Part shown: piece by piece, positions 9,284 through 19,949 of the stretch
Position numbering within the stretch: position 1 is the first letter of the stretch
Layout: every line of letters starts with the position of its first letter
Source: Nautiliaceae bacterium
GTDB lineage: Bacteria; Campylobacterota; Campylobacteria; Campylobacterales; Nautiliaceae
DNA length: 64,000 nt
Direction of reading: 5' to 3'
NCBI GenBank assembly: GCA_039831155.1
Contig: JBDONT010000029.1
Coordinates: 27,071-91,070 of the forward strand
Position numbers and translations under genes: made by a program
The notes under the pieces: generated by a model
What the model was told of the DNA's origin: nothing
What the model saw: only the letters and a program-made list of their open reading frames with translations
Database searches by the model: none

Positions 9284-12113
9284 CTTGAGATTTTGTAACG
9301 TTTTCTTCATTCGGAGTAATATTTACATCAACCGTGCGATTAGTTTCATTAAACTTTTCATTCGATATCGATTTAACCCCGCTCCATCCTTTCGAACTCA
9401 TTAAAAAATCAACTTTAACACAAGGATGAGTAAAACAACTTTCATCTTCACTAGGGTCTTTATATATTGTAGCTAAAGGATGATACCACAACCAAGAATT
9501 AATTCCCAAATGGATTTTTACACTATAAGGAAGAATATGTATAGTTTTAAAAGTCACATTCTCTTCACCGTTTACAACCGAATTTAATTCCACCGTAACA
9601 TCATTCGGTTTAACAACCGAAGTTATATTTCCATCATTATTATTATGGTCTTTATTTAAAACCCACTCATCATTATTCCAGTAAAAATAAGTAAATTTAC
9701 CATTTAATTCATTTCCATAACCTGCTACATTTGTAGCTTTTATACGTCCGTATCTGTAAGTTGCTTTGGAATAAGTCGGATTGATTACGCTTATATCCGC
9801 ACTTCCGAATGTAGAATTTTCATCGCTCACATTTACATCTCTTAGCGTTACGTTAAATTCATTTACCGGATAAGAATATTTTTTAGTAAATCCTATTAAA
9901 AGATGAATTATAGCACTTCCGTTCGTATCGATTGAGAAGAAATTTTTATTAACATCTCTCAATTCCAATACTTGATTTAAAGAAACATTATTTTCTTCTC
10001 CCGTTTGGTTTATTTCATAACTAACTTTTTGGTCAATCGGAAAATTATTAACATCCAAATATTTATAAGAAACATTCAAATCGAAATTTTTAGCATAACA
10101 TAACGCATTATAATTTTTAGCTATCGAATTTTTCGTATAAGCTGTAATATTTAATTCGGCAAAAGCGGACATCTTTAAAGTATTAGAAATATAAGTAAAC
10201 TTACCTTTGTTAAAATTATAAAAACCTCCGTTAATTACGAATTTATAAGGAACGAAAAGTTTAAACGTTCCGTATCCCGGTGAAATAAGCAAAATATCGT
10301 CACTTATTCCGCTATCATTTTCATCAACACTAGCAAATTCGTGAGTATCTTTAATTTCTCTTACGCTAGCGTTAATTTCTCCGACTTCATTATAAGCTAC
10401 GCTAACGTGAGCCACTCCGTTTACAAAATTAGCATTATAAAACTCATTTGCAAATTTACCTCCGAGACAAGATGCTTTTAAATCTTTAGCACTCAACCCT
10501 ATATCATCGTTAAAATTAGCATTCGAAATCAAATTACCGTTATAATCTAAAGCTTCTAACGTAATATTAAACTCATCTCCGGCTTTTATAACCGAATCTA
10601 TATTTGATAATTTATATTTAGCCGGTCTTATGGAAAAATCGTCTCTACTACAAACTTTATTGGAATAATTATCAAATACACACTGTAAACATTCGTCACT
10701 AGGGACATCTCCGCCTCCGTAAGTTCTGTTTCTTTTATAGTTACAAACTTGTGCACACGGTACGTCACAATAATCCGAATCTATATTTCCCGTCGGACAA
10801 GCATCTCCGTATCTAGCCGTTGCTATTTGAGTTAATAATCCCCACACGCAATTATTAGTTCTATCGACACACGCATTATCATTATCCGCTATCATATTAC
10901 CTTGAGCGTCAGTCAAATATCTAACCCTAAATCTAGCATCTTTCAACACTCCGGAATAAATTATATTATTTATTTCCTTTACGCTTTCTTGATTAAAAAA
11001 CAAAAAATACCTATTAAGAGTCGGATTCGTATCGCATTCATATTGATTGGAAGGATTTTTAATCAAATCAACCTCCACAACTCCCGAATAATTTTCTAAG
11101 GTTTGATAATCTTTATTTAACTTTAAAACCTTTACCGAAAAAGGTTTATTCGCTATTTTTGTAAAGATTTGATTTAAAGAGTTTTCCGGGTCTATAGGAT
11201 CGGTATCGGAATCAAAACTACTTTCAACTACATTGAAAGTTCCTGTTACCAAAGAGACTTGAGAATGTTCCGTACAATTAAACATATCTCCTATCGAACC
11301 GTCATATATAAAAATTCCGTTATTTCCGTTTATATTTCGTTCGGCAGTTAAAGCTCCGTACAAAATTATAGGTAAATTCGCTCTAAATTCACCTTTTACA
11401 TAAAGATACGCTCTTACTACCGATACTCTATCCACTTCTATACTTCCTCCACTATAGATAAACAAATTATGAGAATCTCCGTTTCTATTTATATCTCCCA
11501 TTATTTTAAAATCATTTTTCACAAAAATTCTAACATCTCCCCCTTCCGGCAATATAATTTTAGTATCGCTGTTAATTATTAAAGAATTAAAATAATAATC
11601 CCCCGGATAAAATTCAAGAGTAAAAGTTCTGTTTTGTAAAGTAATATCACCAAACGTCATACATTTTTGATTTGTATCGTAAGGACAAGTTTCATTAGCA
11701 TCAAAAATTAAAGTCGAAGGAGTCATATTGTTAAAATTATTAGTATTGGAAGTATAATCGGTATGTGTAAAATTACACTCATTAGGATATTTACAATCGT
11801 TATCAACACTATAAGTTAAAGCCGAAGTCAATAATACCGGTGTAAATGTAGGAGCGTTTAAAGATTTTATATCACAAGTCACATTCGATAAACACTCTTT
11901 ATCCGTATAACATTTCACACTTTGCAACGTATTTGTTTTATCCGAATAAATCGAACTACTACCACAGATTTTAGAATTTGAAAATTGAACCGTAGAATAC
12001 CCGTACACCGAACTTGGAAACACATCACATATATTAGCGAATCTATCTCCTATAGTAGCGGTATCCGCCCTTAACAAAGTAAAAAATATAAAAAAGAAAA
12101 ACAATCCTCTCAT
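9264..12113 (-). CDS. Large secreted Cys-rich protein, MshQ/DUF6701-like
   Basis: Signal peptide, PGDYYFNSL beta-helix-like region, CSRDDFSIRP, YNEVGEIN, C-terminal W. Confidence 0.6.
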   Translation of the reverse strand: MRGLFFFFIFFTLLRADTATIGDRFANICDVFPSSVYGYSTVQFSNSKICGSSSIYSDKTNTLQSVKCYTDKECLSNVTCDIKSLNAPTFTPVLLTSALTYSVDNDCKYPNECNFTHTDYTSNTNNFNNMTPSTLIFDANETCPYDTNQKCMTFGDITLQNRTFTLEFYPGDYYFNSLIINSDTKIILPEGGDVRIFVKNDFKIMGDINRNGDSHNLFIYSGGSIEVDRVSVVRAYLYVKGEFRANLPIILYGALTAERNINGNNGIFIYDGSIGDMFNCTEHSQVSLVTGTFNVVESSFDSDTDPIDPENSLNQIFTKIANKPFSVKVLKLNKDYQTLENYSGVVEVDLIKNPSNQYECDTNPTLNRYFLFFNQESVKEINNIIYSGVLKDARFRVRYLTDAQGNMIADNDNACVDRTNNCVWGLLTQIATARYGDACPTGNIDSDYCDVPCAQVCNYKRNRTYGGGDVPSDECLQCVFDNYSNKVCSRDDFSIRPAKYKLSNIDSVIKAGDEFNITLEALDYNGNLISNANFNDDIGLSAKDLKASCLGGKFANEFYNANFVNGVAHVSVAYNEVGEINASVREIKDTHEFASVDENDSGISDDILLISPGYGTFKLFVPYKFVINGGFYNFNKGKFTYISNTLKMSAFAELNITAYTKNSIAKNYNALCYAKNFDLNVSYKYLDVNNFPIDQKVSYEINQTGEENNVSLNQVLELRDVNKNFFSIDTNGSAIIHLLIGFTKKYSYPVNEFNVTLRDVNVSDENSTFGSADISVINPTYSKATYRYGRIKATNVAGYGNELNGKFTYFYWNNDEWVLNKDHNNNDGNITSVVKPNDVTVELNSVVNGEENVTFKTIHILPYSVKIHLGINSWLWYHPLATIYKDPSEDESCFTHPCVKVDFLMSSKGWSGVKSISNEKFNETNRTVDVNITPNEENVTKSQVKKLNW

Positions 12114-12192
12114 TTTAAAACCTTTTTGTTTTAATCCTATTTTAATTATACAACTTTTTTATAAAATTTACAAATTTAATACCAAAGTCAAA

Positions 12193-12216
12193 AAAGTGAA
12201 AAACAACTTTCACTTT
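12193..12216. promoter_or_regulatory. 9-bp inverted repeat in divergent promoter region
   Basis: AAAGTGAAA-AACAAC-TTTCACTTT just upstream of TGATACACT (extended -10-like). Confidence 0.4.
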
Positions 12217-12248
12217 ATTTTGATACACTTTCAAAAAAAGGTTAAGAG

Positions 12249-13172
12249 TTGATTTGTTATATAGAAAAAGAAATTTTAAATGAAGCTTTAATACAAAAAA
12301 TTATAAACAAATTCAATCCCAAAATAATAGAAATAGACCATTATAAAGATATCTTTAACCGTTCTCATCAAAATTTTAACTATCAAAAACAAAAAAACGT
12401 ACTCATCCTGGCAAAAAAAGAAAAAAACTTTTTATATAAAGGAAGCAGCTTTTGTAATAATAGAGGCTATCAAAATTTTTTTTATTCAACTCAAATTTTA
12501 GGATGTATTTATAACTGTCATTACTGTTATTTAGCCGGAATGTACCCGTGTGGATATCCGGTGATTTTTGTAAATGAAGATGATTTTATAAAAGAGAGCG
12601 AAAAACTCTCAAACACTTATATAGCAATTAGCTACGAAACCGACCTTTTAGCATTTGAGGGAATTTATCCTTTCCATAAAAAATGGATAGAACTTGCCAA
12701 AAAAAGAAAAGATTTATTTATAGAAAGTAGAACGAAATCGGCAAATACCCACAAGCTACCAAACAATCCTCCTAAAAATTTTCTACTTAGCTTCTCATTA
12801 TCACCTATAGAAATAAATAAATTTGAAGAAAAAGCCCCTACTCTTGAAAAAAGAATAAAAGCAATAAAAATCGCTCAAGAAAAAAATTACAATATAGAAA
12901 TAGCAATAGACCCTATTTTAAAAGTAGAAAATCATGAAGAAATATACAAAAACTTTATAGCTTATCTCAAAAAGCAATTGGACTTAAAATATATAAACCT
13001 GGAAATAGGAGCTTTTAGAATGAATAAAGGATTTTTAAAAAATTTAAGAAAAACTCATTTAAGTCCTATAAGCTGGTATCCATATGAAATAAAAAATAAC
13101 GAAGCAAGATATGAAGATGAAAAAAAGATAATTGAAAATATAAAAAAAATAATAAAGGAAGAAGGAAATTAG
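12249..13172 (+). CDS. Spore photoproduct lyase (SplB)-like radical SAM protein
   Basis: GCIYNCHYCYL, IFVN, ESRTKS, SFSLSP, EEKAPTLEKRI. Confidence 0.85.
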   Translation: MICYIEKEILNEALIQKIINKFNPKIIEIDHYKDIFNRSHQNFNYQKQKNVLILAKKEKNFLYKGSSFCNNRGYQNFFYSTQILGCIYNCHYCYLAGMYPCGYPVIFVNEDDFIKESEKLSNTYIAISYETDLLAFEGIYPFHKKWIELAKKRKDLFIESRTKSANTHKLPNNPPKNFLLSFSLSPIEINKFEEKAPTLEKRIKAIKIAQEKNYNIEIAIDPILKVENHEEIYKNFIAYLKKQLDLKYINLEIGAFRMNKGFLKNLRKTHLSPISWYPYEIKNNEARYEDEKKIIENIKKIIKEEGN

Positions 13173-14293
13173 AATTTATAGTTTCCTTCAAATCTGAATT
13201 CTTTATTATCGCTAGTGTTAACTTTAAAATCAGCTACATCATAAGCTGCTGCAAATGAAAGTTTTTTATTAACTGCATATTTCGCACCTAACGTGTATTC
13301 ATTTAGGTCATTGTTTGCAGAAGTTTTGTCATTTTGATGTTGATATGCTACATATACGCTTGTAGCGTTGTCTACATTGTATCCAACTTTTGCATATAGA
13401 GCAGTTCTATCGCTTTTATCAGCAATTGAATAGTTGTTTACAGTTGGAATAACCTTTGCAATTGGTGCATCTATTGAAGTTGTTACAAGGCTGTTTCCGT
13501 CGTTTACATAAGCGTAACCGGCTTTTACGCAGAATGCATCTTGAGCATATTTAGCTGAAATATTGTAATAAGTTGTAGATTTTACATTTGAACCTTCGTT
13601 TTTACCGTTTGCAAAGTCAACGTGTACGTCTACATCTTTTACCGGAGTAGCATCTAATGATAAAGTTACTAAGTGTTTAACTGTATTTGTTATTTGATAA
13701 TACCAAGCGTTACCTTTTACCATATCAGTGTTGAATAGTGCAGCTATTGCATATACGTCAGCTGTATTTGCCACTACTGTTTTTCCGTTTTTAAGTGCAT
13801 CAATCCAAGCTGCCGCTACTGTTAAGTTTTTGTTTACAGTATAAGTAGCAATAGCACCCGCACCATGTCCTGGAGCGAAGTAATCAGCACTTGTAATTGA
13901 AGTAGCTACAGGAATTTTACCTAAAATAGCACTTACATTATCTTTTTTATATTGGATAAATAGTAAGTTGTTTAAGATATTACTATCAACACTTGTAGTT
14001 CCACCAGCTTGAGTATCTGTAAGACTATCATCGTCAGTGTATACGTTTGATTCTACAGAGTTTCTCATTACAATGCTGAATCCAGTATCACCGATTGGAT
14101 TTTTGAATACGAATACGGCGTTTGTTCTCCATCTATTGTAAGAGTTTTGATCTTTTGGCATTTCATGGTAAAGTCTTACTCTAATTTTTCCACTTAAATC
14201 TACATTTTTAATTGCGTCAGATAATGAAGTAGCACTTGCTACACTCATTGAACCCATTGCTATTAAAGCTGCTAAAGATAATTTTTTTAGCAT
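13169..14293 (-). CDS. porA: Major outer membrane protein (Campylobacterota MOMP porin)
   Basis: KLSLAA signal, SLSDAIKNVDLSG, C-terminal YKF. Confidence 0.9.
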   Translation of the reverse strand: MLKKLSLAALIAMGSMSVASATSLSDAIKNVDLSGKIRVRLYHEMPKDQNSYNRWRTNAVFVFKNPIGDTGFSIVMRNSVESNVYTDDDSLTDTQAGGTTSVDSNILNNLLFIQYKKDNVSAILGKIPVATSITSADYFAPGHGAGAIATYTVNKNLTVAAAWIDALKNGKTVVANTADVYAIAALFNTDMVKGNAWYYQITNTVKHLVTLSLDATPVKDVDVHVDFANGKNEGSNVKSTTYYNISAKYAQDAFCVKAGYAYVNDGNSLVTTSIDAPIAKVIPTVNNYSIADKSDRTALYAKVGYNVDNATSVYVAYQHQNDKTSANNDLNEYTLGAKYAVNKKLSFAAAYDVADFKVNTSDNKEFRFEGNYKF

Positions 14294-14393
14294 TCTCTCT
14301 CCTTTTTTTTAATATTGTCTCATAATTATATCGTCAAATTCACTAAAAATCAAATGTTTTTTTGTTATTTTTTTAAAAATTTTTAAAAACTCG

Positions 14394-15173
<780 letters not shown>

Positions 15174-15857
15174 TTACATCTCCTTTGCTATATTTATCAT
15201 TTCTTTAAAAACCTCAATATCCAAACTGGCACTTCCCACCAAAACACCGTTTACATTTTCTATACTTAAAATATCTCTAATATTATTAAGTTTCACGCTT
15301 CCGCCGTATAAAATAGGTCTATTAGTAAGGTTTCTTATTCTTTGATGAGTCTCTTTTATCTCTTTCACACTCGCACTAACACCCGTACCGATAGCCCAAA
15401 CCGGCTCATATGCAATAATTAACCTCTCATACTCTAAATCAATTCCTCTAAACTGTTCTTTTAAATATTCAATCACTGCACTAATTCCCTCTTTTCTAAC
15501 TTCAAGAGGTTCGCCTATACAATACATAATTTCAAAACCGTGTTCTTTAAAAAACCTAAATTTTTCTGCTATAAACTCTTGAGACTCTTTTAAAATATGT
15601 CTTCTCTCACTATGACCCAAAATAATTTTATCTATATCAAACTCTTTTAACTGCTCAAGCCCTACTTCTCCTGTAAAAGCTCCGTTAAATGTAGGATAAG
15701 CGTTTTGAGCCCCTACAATCTTTTCTTCAAAAAGAGCAGTAAGAGGAGGATAAACCCTAACTTCAACCCCTCCGAAATCCATCTCTTTTAATTTTGCAAG
15801 ATACTCTTTTGTCTCTTTTCTTGTTTTGTTTGTTTTAAAATTCGCCGCTACTATCAT
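15174..15857 (-). CDS. tpiA: Triosephosphate isomerase
   Basis: ANFK, GHSERR, AYEPVWAIGTG, YGGSV. Confidence 0.97.
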   Translation of the reverse strand: MIVAANFKTNKTRKETKEYLAKLKEMDFGGVEVRVYPPLTALFEEKIVGAQNAYPTFNGAFTGEVGLEQLKEFDIDKIILGHSERRHILKESQEFIAEKFRFFKEHGFEIMYCIGEPLEVRKEGISAVIEYLKEQFRGIDLEYERLIIAYEPVWAIGTGVSASVKEIKETHQRIRNLTNRPILYGGSVKLNNIRDILSIENVNGVLVGSASLDIEVFKEMINIAKEM

Positions 15858-15859
15858 AT

Positions 15860-17059
15860 CTATTCCTCAACCTCTAATGCCGCAATTCCCGGAAGTTTTT
15901 TACCTTCAAGAAGTTCAAGACTAGCTCCTCCACCGGTTGAGATAAAGGTCATCTCTTCGTCATCTCCTGCTCTTTGCACTGCATCGGCGGTATCTCCTCC
16001 ACCTACAACCTTAATCCCGTGGCTTCTTGCGATTTCGTGAGAAATTTTAAAGGTACCTCTAGAAAATTTATCCATCTCATATACACCCATAGGACCGTTC
16101 CAAAGAATTGTTTGAGCATCCCATAAAACTTCTCCAAAAAGTCTGACACTAGCCGGTCCTATATCAAGCCCCATCCATTCATCCGGAATTTCTTGAGCCG
16201 TTACGTATTTTATCATAGCGTCTTCACTAAATTTTTCAGCTACGACAATATCTACCGGTAAGTAAAACTTAACTCCAAGTCTTTTAGCTTCAGCCATAAT
16301 TTTCAAAGCTTCATCAATCAAATCATCCTCCACTAAACTTTTACCCACTTCATAACCGATAGCTTTAAGAAAAGTAAAAGCCATGCCCCCACCGATAATA
16401 ATTTTATCCACTTTTTGAATTAAATTCATTAACGCTTGAAGTTTGCCGCTAACTTTACTTCCTCCTACAACCGCAACGAAAGGTCTTACCGGATTTTCAA
16501 GCAATTTATGGAAAAAGTTAATTTCTTTAAGAAGTAAAAATCCGGCCGCTTTATGGTATTTATCGTAAAATCTCGTAATAGCTTCCACACTTGCGTGAGC
16601 TCTGTGAGATACCCCAAAAGCGTCATTTATATAAAACTCTCCAAATTCACTTAACTCTTTTGCAAATCCTTCGTCATTTTTCGTTTCTCTAGAATCAAAT
16701 CTCACATTTTCCAAAAGTAAAATTTCCCCGTTTTTTAACTCCGAAGCCTTACTTTTAGCATCTTCTCCTACTACATCTTTAGCCATAATTACATCTTGCT
16801 TTAATAAATGAGAAAGTCTCTTCGCAACCGGTTTTAAAGAATATTTTTCGTTAAATTCCCCTTTAGGACGACCCAAATGGGAAGCTATCACAATTTTACA
16901 ATCGTTATCAAGAAGATATTTTATAGTAGGTATAGCCATTCTTATTCTTCTATCGTCGGTAATATTTCCGAATTCGTCCAAAGGTACGTTAAAATCACAT
17001 CTTAAAAACACTCTGCTTCCGGGTTTAAATTCCAAATCTTTAGGTGAATAAAGTTTCAT
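15860..17059 (-). CDS. pgk: Phosphoglycerate kinase; start moved to ATG at 17059
   Basis: [40 protein letters not shown] before the ATG. Confidence 0.97.
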   Translation of the reverse strand: MKLYSPKDLEFKPGSRVFLRCDFNVPLDEFGNITDDRRIRMAIPTIKYLLDNDCKIVIASHLGRPKGEFNEKYSLKPVAKRLSHLLKQDVIMAKDVVGEDAKSKASELKNGEILLLENVRFDSRETKNDEGFAKELSEFGEFYINDAFGVSHRAHASVEAITRFYDKYHKAAGFLLLKEINFFHKLLENPVRPFVAVVGGSKVSGKLQALMNLIQKVDKIIIGGGMAFTFLKAIGYEVGKSLVEDDLIDEALKIMAEAKRLGVKFYLPVDIVVAEKFSEDAMIKYVTAQEIPDEWMGLDIGPASVRLFGEVLWDAQTILWNGPMGVYEMDKFSRGTFKISHEIARSHGIKVVGGGDTADAVQRAGDDEEMTFISTGGGASLELLEGKKLPGIAALEVEE

Positions 17060-17152
17060 ATCACTCCTTTTTTTCAAAATTATACCGAATTAATCTTCAC
17101 TTCAGAAAAAAATTCGATTTAAGTAAAATCAAACGAACTTAAAAGTAACAAT

Positions 17153-18130
17153 TTAATATTTAATAACAAATTCCGCCATCTCTATCATTCTATTGGAATA
17201 TCCCCACTCATTATCATACCAGGAAAAAATTTTTACCAAATCTTTATTCGCTTGAGTTAAATCCTTAGCTACTATACTGCTTGCCGGATTTGAATTTATA
17301 TCACTGCTTACCTTATAGTCGTTGTCAATTTCCAAAATCCCTCTTAAATCCGTTTTAGAATGAAACTCTAAAAGTTCGTTTATTTCATCCGCACTAACTT
17401 CACAAGAAAGTTCCAAAACCAAATCCATCAAAGAAACGTTTGCAACCGGTACCCTTATGCTTCTTCCGTCAAGCTTTCCTTTTAAATTAGGAAGTACTTT
17501 ATAAATAGCCTTAGCCGCCCCCGTAAAAGTAGGTATTATATTAACAGCAGCCGCACGAGAGCGTCTTATGTCTCTGTAATTCGGAGAATCCAAGAGTTTT
17601 TGGTCCATCGTATAACTGTGAATAGTTGTCATAAACCCTCTTTTTATCCCGAACTTCTCATCAATTACCTTAGCTATAGGAGCCAAACAGTTTGTAGTGC
17701 AAGAAGCGTTTGAAATAACACTTTCTCCTTTGTAATCTTTATGATTCACACCAAGTACGTAAGTAGGGGTATCGTCATTTGCAGGAGCTGAAATAATAAC
17801 CTTTTTTACATTCCCTTTTATATGTGGCGTAACCTCTTTAGCGGTTAAAAACTTCCCACTGCATTCAAGCACTACATCAGCTTCTTTAAAATCGGTCTCT
17901 TTAGGAGACGATACACTAGAATAAGAAACAATATTTTTGCCTATTCTTAAAGTCTTTTCATCTAAAACCTCAACATCCAAAGCTCCTCTTACAGTATCGA
18001 ATTTAAGCAAATAGACTGCGTGATTTATATCCATAATATCGTTTATAGCTACAATTTCGACATTTTTTAACATTGCAGCTCTTATTATATTTCTTCCTAT
18101 TCTTCCAAGTCCGTTAATAGCTATTTTCAT
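17153..18130 (-). CDS. gap: Type I glyceraldehyde-3-phosphate dehydrogenase
   Basis: INGLGRIGR, SNASCTTNCLAP, WYDNEWGYS. Confidence 0.97.
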   Translation of the reverse strand: MKIAINGLGRIGRNIIRAAMLKNVEIVAINDIMDINHAVYLLKFDTVRGALDVEVLDEKTLRIGKNIVSYSSVSSPKETDFKEADVVLECSGKFLTAKEVTPHIKGNVKKVIISAPANDDTPTYVLGVNHKDYKGESVISNASCTTNCLAPIAKVIDEKFGIKRGFMTTIHSYTMDQKLLDSPNYRDIRRSRAAAVNIIPTFTGAAKAIYKVLPNLKGKLDGRSIRVPVANVSLMDLVLELSCEVSADEINELLEFHSKTDLRGILEIDNDYKVSSDINSNPASSIVAKDLTQANKDLVKIFSWYDNEWGYSNRMIEMAEFVIKY

Positions 18131-18185
18131 TCCTAGCCTTTTAAAGTTTTTGAAATTATATTATAATTAGTAAAAAAGGGGTGTT

Positions 18186-18743
18186 TTGAAAAAAGAAAAA
18201 AAATCGGCTCTTTTTGGTGGAAGTTTTGACCCCGTCCATTTAGGACATATACAAATAGCTAAAAAGGCTTTAAATTTTGCAGATGAAGTAATTATAATGC
18301 CAAACTACTTAAACCCTTTAAAACACTCTTTTTCAGCCCCTCCTAATTTAAGATATAAATGGCTAAAAAAAGTCTTTAAAAATTTCAAAAACATAAAAGT
18401 AAGCACATGGGAAACAGAAAAACAAAGACCGGTTTATTCAATAGAAACGATTAAACATTTTAGACCGGATTTTTTTATAATAGGAAGCGACAACCTAAAA
18501 GGCTTAGATAAATGGTATAAAATAGACGAAATTTTAAATTTAACGGAGTTTATCGTAGCTACTCGCGGTGAGGTTGATAAAAATCTCTTAAAAAAGTATA
18601 ATATCACCAAACTTATAGAAATTGATATCACTATCAGTTCCACTGAAATTCGAAATTGTAATTTCAAATATATCCCGAAAGAAATAGAAAAAGAAATAAA
18701 GGAGTTTTATGGACAGAATTGCAAGAATAAAAGAGTTACTTGA
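18186..18743 (+). CDS. nadD: Nicotinate-nucleotide adenylyltransferase
   Basis: GGSFDPVHLGH, IGSDNL, ISSTEIR. Confidence 0.95.
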   Translation: MKKEKKSALFGGSFDPVHLGHIQIAKKALNFADEVIIMPNYLNPLKHSFSAPPNLRYKWLKKVFKNFKNIKVSTWETEKQRPVYSIETIKHFRPDFFIIGSDNLKGLDKWYKIDEILNLTEFIVATRGEVDKNLLKKYNITKLIEIDITISSTEIRNCNFKYIPKEIEKEIKEFYGQNCKNKRVT

Positions 18744-19038
18744 AGAAAAAAAAGCTCTTGATGTAATGGATTACGATTTAAAGAAAAGTGATTATTTTGT
18801 AGATTATGTAATAGTAGCTACAACTATGGCAGACAAACACGCCCAAGCACTGCTTGATTATTTAAAAAAAACACTAAAACCTATGGGTGAGAGTTTTTTA
18901 GGTGTTGATTCCAGTGACGATTGGACGGTAATTGATTTAGGAGATATTTTAATTCATTTAATGAGTGAAGAGTATAGAGCGAAATACCAAATGGATAAAT
19001 TTTTAGAAGAGATAAAAGCAAGACTTAAAAGAGATTAA
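18709..19038 (+). CDS. rsfS: Ribosome silencing factor
   Basis: EKKA, WTVIDLGDILIHL, follows nadD. Confidence 0.92.
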   Translation: MDRIARIKELLEEKKALDVMDYDLKKSDYFVDYVIVATTMADKHAQALLDYLKKTLKPMGESFLGVDSSDDWTVIDLGDILIHLMSEEYRAKYQMDKFLEEIKARLKRD

Positions 19039-19052
19039 TATCTCTTTTTATT
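19027..19052 (+). terminator. Probable intrinsic terminator overlapping the rsfS stop
   Basis: AAAAGAGAT-TAAT-ATCTCTTTT followed by T-rich sequence. Confidence 0.55.
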
Positions 19053-19166
19053 CCAATTACTTTCTTTTTTCAATCTCTCTTGCAAATATGTTAAAATTCC
19101 GATTTCTAAAAGAAAAAATTTTGTAATTATTTAGTAAAATTTTATAAACTCTGAAAAGGATGATAA

Positions 19167-19949
19167 TTGAACTCTTTTAAAAGTCATATCACTCTTATTT
19201 TAGCTCTCGTTTCCATTTTGACAAGCATTTTTTTATATAGATTATTTCGTACCGTCTTAAACGAATATCAACATACTATTTTAAATAATTATTCAATAGT
19301 GATAGTCAGCACTAAAAAAATAGAACATATAGATTATCCTCTAATATCAAGTATTTCTCAAATAGATATTTCGTCTAAAATAAAAAAATTGAAAAAAAAA
19401 TTCGAAAATATAAATTTGGAAGATATTTCTTTACCTTTTTTTTATAAACTTAAATTAAAAACCTTGCCCTCTCCGACGGAATTAAAAAATTTAGAAGAGT
19501 TCTTAAAAAGTTTTCCTTATATAAAAAGAGTTTTGACTTATAGCTCGTCCCAAACAAAAATTTACAATCTTTTAACTCTTTTAAAACTAATCTCCAATAT
19601 ATTTATGTTGGCAATTTCCGCTTTAGGATTTTTATTAATAGTAAAACAGCTGGAAGTATGGAAACTTCAACACTCTCAAAGAATGTATATTATGGAACTG
19701 TTCGGAGCTCCTTTTTGGTTTAAAGGAGCGGTACTTTTTAAAATAGCTTTCTTAGACTCTTTAATAGCTATTATTTTAAGTACCATATCGATAATTTTTA
19801 TAAAAAACTCTTCTCTTTTTAATATGATTGTAAATGACTTAAAAATAAATTTACATATCAACTACTTTAAAGAAATATTGTTACTATTAACAATTAGTTT
19901 AACCATTTCTTTAATAAGCTCGATTTTGGTAATTATAGGAAAAAAATGA
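19167..19949 (+). CDS. ftsX: Cell division permease FtsX-like
   Basis: TM-periplasmic-3TM topology, LPFFY, RMYIMELFGAP, upstream of envC-like gene. Confidence 0.82.
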   Translation: MNSFKSHITLILALVSILTSIFLYRLFRTVLNEYQHTILNNYSIVIVSTKKIEHIDYPLISSISQIDISSKIKKLKKKFENINLEDISLPFFYKLKLKTLPSPTELKNLEEFLKSFPYIKRVLTYSSSQTKIYNLLTLLKLISNIFMLAISALGFLLIVKQLEVWKLQHSQRMYIMELFGAPFWFKGAVLFKIAFLDSLIAIILSTISIIFIKNSSLFNMIVNDLKINLHINYFKEILLLLTISLTISLISSILVIIGKK

